From an uncultured Actinomycetes bacterium (lineage in GTDB: Bacteria > Actinomycetota > Thermoleophilia > Solirubrobacterales > 70-9), in the NCBI GenBank assembly GCA_963716545.1, contig OY970316.1, forward strand, positions 1,823,225 through 1,887,224: a stretch of 64,000 nucleotides of DNA, in the 5' to 3' direction. Below are positions 1 through 10,928 of this stretch, piece after piece. Made by a program: the position numbers and the translations under genes. Position 1 is the stretch's first letter, and every line of letters starts with the position of its first letter. The notes below the pieces were generated by a model. It was not told the origin of the DNA. It ran no database searches and was given only the letters and a program-made list of their open reading frames with translations.

Positions 1-711
1 CTCGGAGGCGCCGTAGACCGCGGCACCGAGCCCGGCCGGCCCGCCGCCGATCACCAGCAGGTCGACCTCCTCGCGAGGGGAGAGCTCGAGGCCGATTCCC
101 AGGGCCCGCGAGAGCTCGCCGTTGGTCGGGTGGCGCAGTTCGGCCCCGCCCGGAAGCCGCACCAGTGGCAGCTCGGTGGCTCCCAGCGGCTCCAGCGCCG
201 CCGCCGCCTCGGCGTCCTCGGCCGGGTCGCGCCAGACGAACGGCAGCCGCTGTCGTTTCGCGTACTCGACCAGCGCCCGGGTCTCGTGCGAATCGCGCGG
301 GCCGAGGACTTCGACCCCGATCCCCTCCCGTTCCTGCAGCATTTCGCGCCGCTGGACGAAGGCGGAGAGCAGTAGGTCGGAGAGCTCGGGGTCCTCGAAG
401 AGGAGTTCGCGCAGCTTCATTCGGTCGACCGCGATGTAGCGCATCGGCTGGGTGGCGACGGCGGTGAGGAAGACGGTCTGCCCGGAGAGCAGGTTCATCT
501 CGCCGAGAAAGCCGGGGGCGCTGTGGCGGACGATCTCGTGGCCGGCCGGGTCGAGGACCGCCGCCTCACCCTCCTCGATTGCGATGAACGGGTAGGTCTC
601 GTCGCCGACCTCGAAGAGCGTCTCGCCGGCCTCTGCCGTACGACGCTCGCCGTGCTCGGCCAGCTTGCGCATCTGCAGGGGGGAGAGGACGCGACCCGCG
701 GGAGAATCCAC
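1..711 (-). CDS. cyclic-nucleotide-binding domain / thioredoxin-reductase-like FAD-dependent oxidoreductase (N-terminal part only; 3' end lies beyond the window start)
   Basis: Absent from the ORF track because it runs off the window edge. My reverse-strand translation reads VDSPAGRVLSPLQMRKLAEHGERRTAEAGETLFEVGD... (cNMP-binding-like) and ends at position 1 with DLLVIGGGPAGLGAAVYGASE (GxGxxG dinucleotide fold). Start is uncertain (GTG 711 or ATG 672). Confidence 0.7.
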   Translation of the reverse strand, partial: MDSPAGRVLSPLQMRKLAEHGERRTAEAGETLFEVGDETYPFIAIEEGEAAVLDPAGHEIVRHSAPGFLGEMNLLSGQTVFLTAVATQPMRYIAVDRMKLRELLFEDPELSDLLLSAFVQRREMLQEREGIGVEVLGPRDSHETRALVEYAKRQRLPFVWRDPAEDAEAAAALEPLGATELPLVRLPGGAELRHPTNGELSRALGIGLELSPREEVDLLVIGGGPAGLGAAVYGASE

Positions 712-777
712 GGGCTTAGGGTACTGGGGGCGACTAGCGGCTCAAAAGGGGCCGAGACGATAGGGAGGGAGACTCCA

Positions 778-1164
778 GTGGCGGACGCGTACACCCACAA
801 GACGATCAAGGACGTGAAGGACTCTGCGGTGGAATTCGGGGTCGACGGTATCGAAGCGCGCTTCGCCACCGAAGACTTCGATGCCGAGGACACCGGCTTC
901 AGTCACCACCGCCTCGAGCCGGACATGCGCCAGCCGTTCGGCCACGTGCACGAGAAGGCCGAGGAGGTCTACGTCGTGATCCGCGGCACTGGCCGGCTGA
1001 AACTGGACGACGAGATCGTCGAGATCGAAGAGCTCGACGCGATTCGCGTCTCGCCGGCGGTGACGCGCTGCTTCGAGGCTGGGGGTGACGGGCTCGAGGT
1101 GATCGCCTTCGGACCGCGGGTGAAAGGCGACGGGGAAGTCGTCCCGAATTGGTGGGCTGACTGA
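778..1164 (+). CDS. cupin domain protein
   Basis: C-terminal part of track ORF 523..1164. In-frame GTG at 778 is preceded by GGGAGGGAG. Sequence GHVHEKAEEVYVVIRGTGRLKLDDE...IRVSP fits a cupin beta-barrel. The upstream part of the track ORF overlaps the opposite-strand gene and looks non-coding. Confidence 0.7.
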   Translation: MADAYTHKTIKDVKDSAVEFGVDGIEARFATEDFDAEDTGFSHHRLEPDMRQPFGHVHEKAEEVYVVIRGTGRLKLDDEIVEIEELDAIRVSPAVTRCFEAGGDGLEVIAFGPRVKGDGEVVPNWWAD

Positions 1165-1640
1165 TGGCAGCGGCGACGGAGGTGGTGGGCGTCGAGGGGA
1201 TGCAGTCGCTGCTCGGCAAGGAGCTCGGGCCGAGCGAGTGGCGCACGGTCACCCAGGCGGACATCGACACCTTCGCCGAGCTCTCCGGCGACCACCAGTG
1301 GATCCACGTCGACCCCGAGCGGGCGGCGAAGGAGAGCCCGTTCGGGACGACGATCGCCCACGGCAACCTCACCCTCTCGCTGGTCGACGGCTTCCGCGGC
1401 GAACTGATCCAGGCCAGCGGCTTCGCCCTCGGCGTCAACTACGGCTGGGACAAGATCCGCTTCCCGGCGCCGGTCCCGGTCGGCAGCCAGGTCCGCGGCC
1501 GCGCCGAGCTGGTCTCGATGGACGACAAGGGCGGCGGCTGGTGGCAGGCGGTGACCCGCTTCAGCCTGGAGGTCGAGGGCAGCGAGAAGCCCTGCTTCGT
1601 CGGCGACTCGGTGACCCGGGTCTACGCGCCCGAGAGCTGA
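1164..1640 (+). CDS. MaoC-like (R)-specific enoyl-CoA hydratase / dehydratase
   Basis: Hot-dog fold signature FAELSGDHQWIHVDPERAAKESPFGTTIAHGNLTLSL. ATGA overlap with the cupin stop suggests translational coupling. Confidence 0.8.
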   Translation: MAAATEVVGVEGMQSLLGKELGPSEWRTVTQADIDTFAELSGDHQWIHVDPERAAKESPFGTTIAHGNLTLSLVDGFRGELIQASGFALGVNYGWDKIRFPAPVPVGSQVRGRAELVSMDDKGGGWWQAVTRFSLEVEGSEKPCFVGDSVTRVYAPES

Positions 1641-1661
1641 GCGCCCGGGACCTAGCTTGCG

Positions 1662-1690
1662 GCGGCGGGCGCGAGCTCCGCGCCCGCCGC
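1662..1690. terminator. GC-rich hairpin between convergent genes (probable bidirectional terminator)
   Basis: gcggcgggcgcg (1662-1673) pairs perfectly with cgcgcccgccgc (1679-1690) around a 5-nt loop. It sits between the MaoC stop and the cupredoxin stop. Confidence 0.5.
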
Positions 1691-1700
1691 ACCGCGCTCG

Positions 1701-2177
1701 CTACTTGACGACGAGCGTGCCTTCCATCCCGGCCTGGCGGTGGCCCGGGACGGTGCAGTAGAAGGTGTAGGTCCCCTTCGGCAGGTCGACCACGGCCGAG
1801 TCCGAGCCGCCGTTGATGACTTCGGTTTCGCCCAGCTGTTCGCCGTTTTCGCTTTCGATCGCGACGTTGTGGGGGGTCGAAGACTGGTTGGTGAAGTCGA
1901 TCGTGTCCTTGCCTTCCGACGCGGTCACTTCCGTCTCCTTAAAGGCGAGTTCGCCGCTTGGGTCGGCTTCGATCGCGACCTCCGAGCCGGTCCCCGCGGT
2001 GCCGCCTTCGGCTTCCGCGCCGCCTTCCTTGCCACCGGCTCCCGCTCCGCCGGACCCTTCGCCGGATTCGGCGCCGGAGGTCGCTTCGGAGCTGGTCGAG
2101 CTGGAGCCGCCGCCGCAGGCCACCAGGCCGAGCGAGGCGATGACGAGGACGAGTGCTGCGACTAGGGCCTTCTTCAT
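1701..2177 (-). CDS. blue-copper (plastocyanin/azurin-like cupredoxin) lipoprotein
   Basis: Type-1 copper ligand pattern HNVAIE ... YCTVPGHRQAGMEG. Lipoprotein signal MKKALVAALVLVIASLGLVAC with lipobox. I chose the internal ATG at 2177 rather than the track start at 2225. Confidence 0.8.
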   Translation of the reverse strand: MKKALVAALVLVIASLGLVACGGGSSSTSSEATSGAESGEGSGGAGAGGKEGGAEAEGGTAGTGSEVAIEADPSGELAFKETEVTASEGKDTIDFTNQSSTPHNVAIESENGEQLGETEVINGGSDSAVVDLPKGTYTFYCTVPGHRQAGMEGTLVVK

Positions 2178-2249
2178 TTGGCGGTTCCTCCCGTGGAGCC
2201 GGTTGCGATCAGGGTGTACCCACACCTACGAAGCGGGGATCAATCGGGT

Positions 2250-3065
2250 TCAGCGGCCGTGGAAGACCGGTTTCTCGCCGCCGAAGAATGCCTGCACGCC
2301 TTCGCGCAGATCCTCGGTCGCCATGCTGTCGGCGATTCCGTGGCGCTCCAGCTGCAGGTGCTCCGCCAGGCTGTGGTCGAGGCTGGAGCCGACCAGCTGC
2401 TTCGCCATCCGCACGTAGTGCGGGGCCATCGCTCCCAGCTTCTCGGCCTTCTCCCGCGCCGCCGCGTCCAGCTCCTCGGGCTCGACCACGGCGGAGACGA
2501 GGCCCTCGGCGAGGGCGTCGGCCGCCGGCATGTTCGGGTCCTCCAGCAGCAGCTCCAGCGCTCGTGCCGGGCCGACCACGCGGGGAAGGAAGTAGGTCAT
2601 GCCGCCGTCCGGGGAGGCGCCGATCCGCCCGTAGGCGGGGGCGAAGAAGGCCTTGCTGGAGGCGATTCGCAGGTCGCAGGCGAGGGCCAGCGAGAAGCCC
2701 GCCCCGGCTGCCGGCCCGTTGATCGCGGCCACCACCGGATAGGGGATCCGCCGCAGGTCGACGATCGCCTGGTGCAGCATGTCGGCGCCCCGCCGGACCG
2801 CCGAGGGCAGGTCGATCTCTTCGCTCTCGACCCCCTGGCGGAAGGTGGTGATGTCGCCACCGGAGCTGAACGCCTGCCCGGCCCCGGTCACGATCAGCGC
2901 CCGCGCCGGCGCTTGGTCCGCCAGCCAGGCGAAGGCGACGGTCAGCTCGCCGATCATCTCCGGGCTCATCGCGTTGAAGGATTCGGGCCGGTTCAGGGTC
3001 AGCGTCGCCAGCTCCCCCTCCAGCTCGATGCGCAACGTGTTCAGCTCGGGCGCCCCGCTCGTCAT
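2250..3065 (-). CDS. enoyl-CoA hydratase/isomerase (crotonase family)
   Basis: 271-aa ORF with crotonase hallmarks: FNAMSPEM, VTGAGQAFSSGGD, VVAAINGPAAGAGFSLALACDLRIAS. Confidence 0.85.
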   Translation of the reverse strand: MTSGAPELNTLRIELEGELATLTLNRPESFNAMSPEMIGELTVAFAWLADQAPARALIVTGAGQAFSSGGDITTFRQGVESEEIDLPSAVRRGADMLHQAIVDLRRIPYPVVAAINGPAAGAGFSLALACDLRIASSKAFFAPAYGRIGASPDGGMTYFLPRVVGPARALELLLEDPNMPAADALAEGLVSAVVEPEELDAAAREKAEKLGAMAPHYVRMAKQLVGSSLDHSLAEHLQLERHGIADSMATEDLREGVQAFFGGEKPVFHGR

Positions 3066-3101
3066 CGCTCCTGAATCCCCCCGTCGGTTCGGATTGGCCG
3101 A

Positions 3102-5066
3102 GTGGCCGGGAGCCTACCCTTTGAGGTCGTGAGCGCGGACGCGGACAACGGCAACGGAGCAGCCCCCGGCGGCGAGCCGGAGGCGCGCGAGGAGTCACGG
3201 GCCGAGCGGATCGCCCGCCAGCGCCGCGAGCTGCCCGACAGCCCCGGCGTCTACCTCTTCTATGGCCGCGGCGACGAGCTCCTCTACGTCGGCAAGGCGC
3301 GCTCGATCCGCAAACGGATCGCCTCCCACTTCTCCGGCGGCGAGCCGCGCCTGACCAGCCGGATCGAACGGATCGAGAGCCTCGTCACCTCGACCGAGGC
3401 CGAGGCGCTGCTGACCGAGCAGAGCTTCATCAAGCGCCACCGGCCGCGCTTCAACATCCGCCTCCGCGACGACAAGTCCTACCCCTACGTCGCCGTCAGC
3501 CTCGACGAGGACTACCCGCGGGTCTACTTCACCCGCGAGAAGCACCGCAGCCGTCGCGCCTACTTCGGCCCCTTCTCCAGCGCCAAGCGGGTGCGCGAGA
3601 CCCTCGACCTGCTCGGCAAGCTGTTCCAGTTCCGCACCTGCGAGGGGTCCGAGCCGGGCCGCCGCTCCGGCAGCCCTTGCCTCGACTACTACATAAAGCG
3701 CTGCGGGGCGCCCTGCGTCGAGTACATCTCCAAGGAGGAGTACCGGCGCAACATCGACGCCATCGTCGACTTTCTCTCCGGCCGCTATCGCCAGGTCGAG
3801 CGCGAGGAGCAGGCGGCGATGGACGCCGCCTCGGAGGCCGAGGAATTCGAGCGGGCGGCGATCCACCGCGACCGCCTGAAAGCGATTCGCAGCCTCTTCG
3901 AGCGCCAGCGGGTGGCGAGCGAGAACGTCGGCACCGCCGACCTGATCGGGGTCGCGGTCGAGGGGGTCGACGCCAACGCCCAGGTCTTCCAGGTCCGCGA
4001 CGGCATCCTCGCCGAGCGGCAGAGCTTCTACCTCGAGAACGAAGGCGAGCGCGATATGGCCGAGGTCGCCGAGGAGTTCATCGGCCAGTACTACGCCGCC
4101 TCGCCGGCGATGCCGCGGAAGATCATCGTCGGGCCCTACCTGCGGGAGCGGGCGCCGGTGATCGCCGAAGCGCTGAGCGAGCGGCGCGGCAGCCCGGTCG
4201 AGGTCCGCCCCGCCGAGCGCGGCGACAACCGCCGCCTCCGCGAGCTCGCCGAGCGCAACGCCAAACTGGCGCTCGACCAGGACCGGCTGCGGCGCGAGCA
4301 CCGGCGCACCCGCCGGGTCGAATCGCTGACCTCGCTGGCCGAGGCGCTGGGGATGGACGAGCTGCCGGTGCGGATCGAGGGCTTCGACATCTCGACGATC
4401 GGCGGCGAGCACACGGTTGCCTCGATGGTCGTCTTCGAGGGCGGGGCGACGAAGAAGTCCGACTACCGCCGCTTCAAAGTCCGCGGCGAAACGCGTGCGG
4501 ACCCCGACGGGCCCGGCCCCGACGACTTAGCCTCGATGGAGGAGGTGCTGACCCGGCGCCTCAACCGCTACCTGGAACAAGCGGATCTTTCGCCGCACGA
4601 TCGCAAGCGCGACGCGAGCTTCGCCTCGCTTCCCTCGTTGATCCTGATCGATGGCGGCAAGGGACAGCTGGGGGCGGGGATGCGGGTGCTAGAGCCGTTC
4701 GTCGAGCGCGGCGTCACCGTCGCCAGCCTCGCCAAGCGCGAGGAGGAGGTCTACGTCCCCGGCCGCTCAGCCCCGCTCGACCTCGCCCGCGACTCGGAGG
4801 CCAACCAGCTGCTGCAGCGGGTCCGCGACGAGGCCCATCGGTTCGCGATCGAGCACCACCGCGGCCGCCGCGACCGCGACATGCTCTCGGGCTCGGTGTT
4901 GGACGAGTTGAAGGGAATCGGGCCGGCCCGCAAGCGGGCGCTGCTGCGGCATTTCGGCACGCCGGAGCGGTTCCTGGCGGCGAGCCGGGAGGAACTCGAG
5001 GCGGTGCCCGGCCTGCCTGGCAAAGTGGGGCGGGAGATCCACGAGCAACTGAACAGGATCGGCTGA
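3102..5066 (+). CDS. uvrC: excinuclease ABC subunit C
   Basis: GIY-YIG N-terminus (PGVYLFYGRGDELLYVGKARSIRKRI), UvrC central region, and C-terminal (HhH)2 region (LDELKGIGPARKRALLRHFG). 654 aa. Confidence 0.95.
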   Translation: MAGSLPFEVVSADADNGNGAAPGGEPEAREESRAERIARQRRELPDSPGVYLFYGRGDELLYVGKARSIRKRIASHFSGGEPRLTSRIERIESLVTSTEAEALLTEQSFIKRHRPRFNIRLRDDKSYPYVAVSLDEDYPRVYFTREKHRSRRAYFGPFSSAKRVRETLDLLGKLFQFRTCEGSEPGRRSGSPCLDYYIKRCGAPCVEYISKEEYRRNIDAIVDFLSGRYRQVEREEQAAMDAASEAEEFERAAIHRDRLKAIRSLFERQRVASENVGTADLIGVAVEGVDANAQVFQVRDGILAERQSFYLENEGERDMAEVAEEFIGQYYAASPAMPRKIIVGPYLRERAPVIAEALSERRGSPVEVRPAERGDNRRLRELAERNAKLALDQDRLRREHRRTRRVESLTSLAEALGMDELPVRIEGFDISTIGGEHTVASMVVFEGGATKKSDYRRFKVRGETRADPDGPGPDDLASMEEVLTRRLNRYLEQADLSPHDRKRDASFASLPSLILIDGGKGQLGAGMRVLEPFVERGVTVASLAKREEEVYVPGRSAPLDLARDSEANQLLQRVRDEAHRFAIEHHRGRRDRDMLSGSVLDELKGIGPARKRALLRHFGTPERFLAASREELEAVPGLPGKVGREIHEQLNRIG

Positions 5067-5977
5067 TGGCAATCGAGCAGATAGCGGCGGACGAGAGCAG
5101 CGAGCAGCACCACCCGGTCGAGATGGTGGTGATCACCGGTCACTCGGGGGCCGGCAAGTCGGAGGCGATCGCCGCCTTCGAGGACGGCGGCTACTTCTGC
5201 GTCGACAATCTGCCGCCGCGGATGATCGCCGGCCTCGGCGAGCTCTTCCAGCACCAGGGCAGCGGCGTCGAGTACGCGGCGGTGGTCTCGGACGTGCGCG
5301 GCGGCGAATATTTCGACGACCTCCTGGCGGTGCTCGACGAGCTCGAGGGGACCGGGCTGCGGCCTATGGTCCTCTTCCTCGAGGCCGACGAGGAGACCTT
5401 GCTGAACCGCTACAAGGAGACCCGCCGCCGCCACCCGCTGGCGCCGGAAGGGCGGATCGTCGATGGCATCCGGGCCGAGCGCGAGCTGCTGGCGCCGCTG
5501 CGCGAGCGCGCCGACGTAGTGATGGACACCTCCGACCTGACCGGTGGCGAGTTGCGGCGGCGGATCTCCGAAGAGCTGCTGGGCCGCGAAGACGGCGGCA
5601 AACTGGCGCTGACCCTGCTCACCTTCGGCTTCAAGAACGGTCCGCCGCGCGACGCCGACCTCACCCTCGACGTCCGCTTCCTGCCCAACCCCCACTACGA
5701 CCTCGAGCTGCGGCCGCAGACCGGGATGGACGAGCCGGTCCGCGCCTACGTCGAGTCAGGGACCCAGGCGGGTGAGTTCTACGGCCGGCTGCTGCCGCTG
5801 CTCGAGTTCCTGGTCCCGGCCTACGTCGCCGAGGGCAAGTCCCACCTGACGATCGCGGTCGGCTGCACCGGCGGTCGCCACCGCTCGGTCGCCGTCGCCG
5901 ACCGGATCCGCCGCAGCCTCGCCGCCCGCGACGACGTCGTCGTCAAAGTCAAACACCGCGACGTCGAGATCGGCTGA
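5066..5977 (+). CDS. rapZ: RNase adapter / nucleotide-binding protein RapZ (YvcJ family)
   Basis: Real gene is the tail of track ORF 3677..5977. ATG at 5066 overlaps the uvrC TGA. Walker A ITGHSGAGKS, FCVDNLPP, and C-terminal GCTGGRHRSV motif. Confidence 0.9.
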   Translation: MAIEQIAADESSEQHHPVEMVVITGHSGAGKSEAIAAFEDGGYFCVDNLPPRMIAGLGELFQHQGSGVEYAAVVSDVRGGEYFDDLLAVLDELEGTGLRPMVLFLEADEETLLNRYKETRRRHPLAPEGRIVDGIRAERELLAPLRERADVVMDTSDLTGGELRRRISEELLGREDGGKLALTLLTFGFKNGPPRDADLTLDVRFLPNPHYDLELRPQTGMDEPVRAYVESGTQAGEFYGRLLPLLEFLVPAYVAEGKSHLTIAVGCTGGRHRSVAVADRIRRSLAARDDVVVKVKHRDVEIG

Positions 5978-6520
5978 TCAGGAGGGCGGGTCGGCGAAGC
6001 CGGCGGGCCTGGTCGCCAGGCGCTCGCCGCGGGCCAGTCGCTCGGGCGGCTCGCCGGTCGCCTCGAGCGCCGTCGCCAGCTCCCGCACCGCCTCCTTCGA
6101 GAGGCGCCATCCCTTGACCGCGTAGACGGCACGGTCCTCGACGTCGCCGCCGACCGGCACCGCCTCGACCCACCAGGGCTTGCCCAGCAGGAGGCGGCCG
6201 AACAGCCCGGAGCCCAGTACGAGGATCAGCGCCACGATCTCGAGGGCGACGCCGAGCAGTGGCAGCAGGACGAGGAGGATCAGGAAGAGGAGGACGCCGC
6301 CGACGATTGCCGCCACGGGGCTGTCGGTCAGCCCGCCCAGGGAGCCCTCGAGGGCTCCTTCGGCCGCTGCGTCGCGAGTGCCGTCGCCGAAGTGGCGGCC
6401 GAGCTTCGGCATCGGCCGGTCGAGCCAGCGCCGCCGCACCCGCCAGCGCTCGCCGTCCGGCGTCCGGACCGTGATCCTCTCCCCGCCCGCCACGGTGGCC
6501 GAGTCTAAGCCCGCGCCCAC
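5978..6520 (-). CDS. hypothetical membrane protein (two predicted TM helices)
   Basis: 180-aa ORF with the hydrophobic stretch VAAIVGGVLLFLILLVLLPLLGVALEIVALILVLGSGLFG. I recognise no family. Start codon uncertain. Confidence 0.45.
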   Translation of the reverse strand: MGAGLDSATVAGGERITVRTPDGERWRVRRRWLDRPMPKLGRHFGDGTRDAAAEGALEGSLGGLTDSPVAAIVGGVLLFLILLVLLPLLGVALEIVALILVLGSGLFGRLLLGKPWWVEAVPVGGDVEDRAVYAVKGWRLSKEAVRELATALEATGEPPERLARGERLATRPAGFADPPS

Positions 6521-6537
6521 CTAGAATCGCCCGGGCC

Positions 6538-7452
6538 TTGCCAGACCCCGTCATCTCCATTCGCGGCCTGCAGATGTCCTACGGCCGCACCGAAGCGGTT
6601 CGCGGCATCGACCTCGAGGTCGAGCGCGGCGAGGTCTTCGCCTTCCTCGGCCCCAACGGGGCCGGCAAGACGACCACGGTCGAGATCCTCGAGGGCTACC
6701 GGCACCGCTCCGGCGGCGAGGTCAGCGTGCTGGGGGAGGACCCACAGCGGGCCGGGCGCGAGTGGCGCGAGCGGATCGGGATCGTCCTCCAGAGCAGCCG
6801 CCTCGACCCCTACCTGACCGTGCGCGAGTCGCTCGAGCTCTACGCCGGCTACTTCCGCGCGCCGCGGCCGGTCGACGAGGTGATCGCCCTGATCGGGCTG
6901 GAAGGCAAAGCCGACGAGCGGGCGCGCAGGCTCTCCGGTGGCCAGGGGCGGCGGCTCGACGTCGGCATGGCCCTGGTCGGCGACCCCGAGCTGCTCTTCC
7001 TCGACGAGCCGACCACCGGCTTCGACCCCTCGGCGCGGCGCCAGTTCTGGGAGGTCGTCGCCGGCCTCCGCGAGCTTGGCAAGACGGTCTTCCTCACCAC
7101 CCACTACATGGACGAGGCGCAGCGGCTGGCCGACCGGGTGACGATCATCGCCGCCGGCCGGATCGTCGCCCGCGGCACCCCCGAGGACCTCGGCGACCGC
7201 GACAGCGGCGCGACCACGATCCGCTACCGAGCCGAGGGCCGCGAGGTCGCGGTCGAGACGCGGACGCCGGTGCAGACGCTGCACGAGCTGACCGGCGCGG
7301 CGCTGGCCAAGGGCGAGGAGCTGGAGGGGCTGGAAGTGACGCGGCCGAGCCTCGAGGACGTCTACCTGGAGCTGACCGCCTCCGAGGAAGCGGCCGCCGC
7401 CAAAGCGGCCACGGCGGAGGCGGACGCGACGGCGGGGAGGAGGGACCGGTGA
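6538..7452 (+). CDS. ABC transporter ATP-binding protein (ABC-2/DrrA-like exporter)
   Basis: Walker A GPNGAGKTT, signature LSGGQGRR, Walker B LLFLDEPTTGFD. Confidence 0.9.
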   Translation: MPDPVISIRGLQMSYGRTEAVRGIDLEVERGEVFAFLGPNGAGKTTTVEILEGYRHRSGGEVSVLGEDPQRAGREWRERIGIVLQSSRLDPYLTVRESLELYAGYFRAPRPVDEVIALIGLEGKADERARRLSGGQGRRLDVGMALVGDPELLFLDEPTTGFDPSARRQFWEVVAGLRELGKTVFLTTHYMDEAQRLADRVTIIAAGRIVARGTPEDLGDRDSGATTIRYRAEGREVAVETRTPVQTLHELTGAALAKGEELEGLEVTRPSLEDVYLELTASEEAAAAKAATAEADATAGRRDR

Positions 7453-8222
7453 GCCGCGGCCTCGCCCTCGTCGGGCACCAGTTCCGCTACGACCAGAAGG
7501 CCTTCTGGCGCAACCCCGCCTCGGTCTTCTTCACGGTGATGTTCCCGGTCATCGTCTTCCTGATCCTCGCCGTCGTCTTCGACGGCGAAACGGTCGACGT
7601 CCGCGGCGGTGTTGCGGCGACCACCTACTACGTGCCGGCGATCATGTCGCTCTCGATCATCTCGGCAACGATGCAGACGCTGGCGATGACCCTGGTGATC
7701 GCCCGCGAAGACGGGCGCCTCAAGCGCGGCCGCGGCACCCCGATGCCACCCTGGGTCTTCATCGCCGGGCGGATCGGCAATTCGATCGTCGTCGCGCTGA
7801 TGATGCTGGTCTTGCTGGCGCTGATCGGCGGCGTCCTCTACGGCGTCTCGGTCCCCTGGGATCGGTTGCCGGCGATCCTCGTCGCCCTCGTCGTCGGCGC
7901 CGCCTCCTTCTGCTGCCTCGGCATCGCCCTCACTGCGGCGATCCCCTCCCAGGACGCCGCCGCGGCGATCGTCAACGCCCTGCTGCTGCCGCTCTACTTC
8001 CTCTCCGGCGTCTTCATCCCGGAAGATCAGCTGCCGAACGGGGTGATCGCCTTCGCCGACCTCTTCCCGGTGCGCCACTTCTTCGACGCCTTCTTCGACG
8101 CCTACGTCCCCGCCGGCGGCTCCGCCGTCTCCTGGGACAACCTCGCGATCGTCGCCCTCTGGGGGGTCGCCGGGGCGCTGCTGGCGATTCGCTTTTTCCG
8201 CTGGACCCCCCGCTCGGGTTGA
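7449..8222 (+). CDS. ABC-2 type transporter permease
   Basis: GTG at 7449 overlaps the ATPase stop (GTGA). It is the tail of track ORF 6762..8222. Six hydrophobic segments; typical ABC-2 start LVGHQFRYDQKAFWRNPASVFFTV. Confidence 0.8.
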   Translation: MSRGLALVGHQFRYDQKAFWRNPASVFFTVMFPVIVFLILAVVFDGETVDVRGGVAATTYYVPAIMSLSIISATMQTLAMTLVIAREDGRLKRGRGTPMPPWVFIAGRIGNSIVVALMMLVLLALIGGVLYGVSVPWDRLPAILVALVVGAASFCCLGIALTAAIPSQDAAAAIVNALLLPLYFLSGVFIPEDQLPNGVIAFADLFPVRHFFDAFFDAYVPAGGSAVSWDNLAIVALWGVAGALLAIRFFRWTPRSG

Positions 8223-8279
8223 GCCCGCCGCGACCCGGAATGCTTCCGGGGGATCGCGTCTATAGCCTCCGGTTCACCA

Positions 8280-8642
8280 ATGCTTCACCACGTCCTCCTC
8301 GAGGTCGATGACCTTCAGCGCAGTGCCTCGTTCTATGACTCGATGCTCGCCCCCCTGGGCTGGCGCCGTCATTACGAGGAGAACAACACGATCGGCTGGG
8401 GCATCGCCAAACCCGTTTTCTTCATCTCCGGCAACCGCTCGGCGCAGCGCGGCTACGGCCTGCTCAGCTTCTCGGCGCTGGGGATCGTCGCCGTCAAGGC
8501 GGCCTACGAAAACGCGGTCAAATCCGGCGGCACCAGCATCAGCCTGCCCGGCGAGCGGCGCGGGCCGGGCTCCGGCTCCTACTCGGCCTTCCTCGAGGAC
8601 CCCGACGGCTATGAGATCGAGATCACCATCGGGTCCGACTGA
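8280..8642 (+). CDS. glyoxalase/bleomycin-resistance (VOC) family protein
   Basis: MLHHVLLEVDDLQRSASFYDSMLAPLGW ... AFLEDPDGYEIEI is the typical VOC fold pattern. Confidence 0.75.
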   Translation: MLHHVLLEVDDLQRSASFYDSMLAPLGWRRHYEENNTIGWGIAKPVFFISGNRSAQRGYGLLSFSALGIVAVKAAYENAVKSGGTSISLPGERRGPGSGSYSAFLEDPDGYEIEITIGSD

Positions 8643-8694
8643 CGCCCGCGAGCGCGTACGATCGGCTCTGACAATTGAAACAGGAGGCAGCTGA

Positions 8695-9707
<1,013 letters not shown>

Positions 9708-9708
<1 letters not shown>

Positions 9709-10928
9709 TGCCGGAGGGCGCGGTCGTCGGCTTCGCCAAGGCAAGCGTCCGCGACGCCGCGGTCAAGGGCCGGCGGGTGCTGGTCCGGGTCGACTTCAAC
9801 GTGCCGTTGGAGGATGGGCCGGATGGCGAGCGGGTGGTCGCCGACGACATGCGGATCCGGGCGGCGCTGCCGACGCTCGAACTGCTGCGCGAACGGGGAG
9901 CGGCGCTGATCCTCGCCTCGCACCTGGGACGGCCGCAGGGCCGCGACGAGTCGCTCTCGATGAAGCCGGTCGGGAAGCGGCTGGAAGAGCTGCTGGGGAC
10001 GAAGGTCAACGTCGCCTCCGGGGTGATGGCCCACGACGTCGACCGCAAGTGCGGCGGCGGCCTTGGGCCCGGCGACGTGCTGCTGCTCGAGAACACGCGC
10101 TGGGAGCCGGGGGAGACGAAGAACGACCCGAAGCTGGCCGAAAGCCTCGCCTCGCTTGCCGACGTCTACGTCGACGATGCCTTCGGCGCCGCCCACCGCG
10201 CCCACGCCTCGACCGCGGGCGTCGCCCAGTACGTCCCCGCCTATGCCGGCCTGCTGCTGGAGCGCGAGGTGAGCGAACTGACCCGGGTGGTCGAGTCGCC
10301 GCAGCGGCCGCTGGTCGTCGTCCTCGGCGGCGCCAAGGTCTCCGACAAGGTCGGGGTGATCGACCGTTTCCTCGAAGTCGCCGACAAGATCCTGATCGGC
10401 GGGGCGATGTGCTTCGGCTTCTTCAAGGCGCAGGGGCACGAGATCGGCGACTCGCTGTTCGACGCGGAGAGCGAAGCCGCGGCGCGCGAGGCGCTGACCA
10501 AGGCCGAGGCCGCCGACTGCGAGCTGGTCCTGCCAGTCGACCTGGTGCTCGGGCGCGAGTTCAGCGCGGAGACCGAGCGCGAAGAGCTCGACGGGATCGA
10601 CGTGCCGGACGGCTGGATGGGCCTCGACGTCGGCCCGAAGACCGGTGCGCTCTACGCCGAGGCGGTCGCCGGCGCCGGCACCGTGCTCTGGAACGGGCCG
10701 ATGGGCGCCTTCGAGCTGGAGCCATTTGCAGGCGGCACCCGGGCGGTCGCGGACGCGGTCGCCAAGGCGTCGGGGACGACCGTGGTAGGTGGTGGCGACA
10801 GCGTCGCCGCGATCCGCCGCTTCGGCCTCGAGGACGAGGTCGACTGGCTCTCGACCGGCGGCGGCGCCTCGCTGGAGCTGCTCGAGGGCAAGAAGCTGCC
10901 AGGGGTGGAGGCGCTGATCGATGCCTAA
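9708..10928 (+). CDS. pgk: phosphoglycerate kinase
   Basis: ATG at 9708 overlaps the gap TGA (the track ORF starts upstream at 9654). RVDFNVPL, LLENTRWEPGE, GGAKVSDKVGVI, STGGGASLELLEGK. Confidence 0.95.
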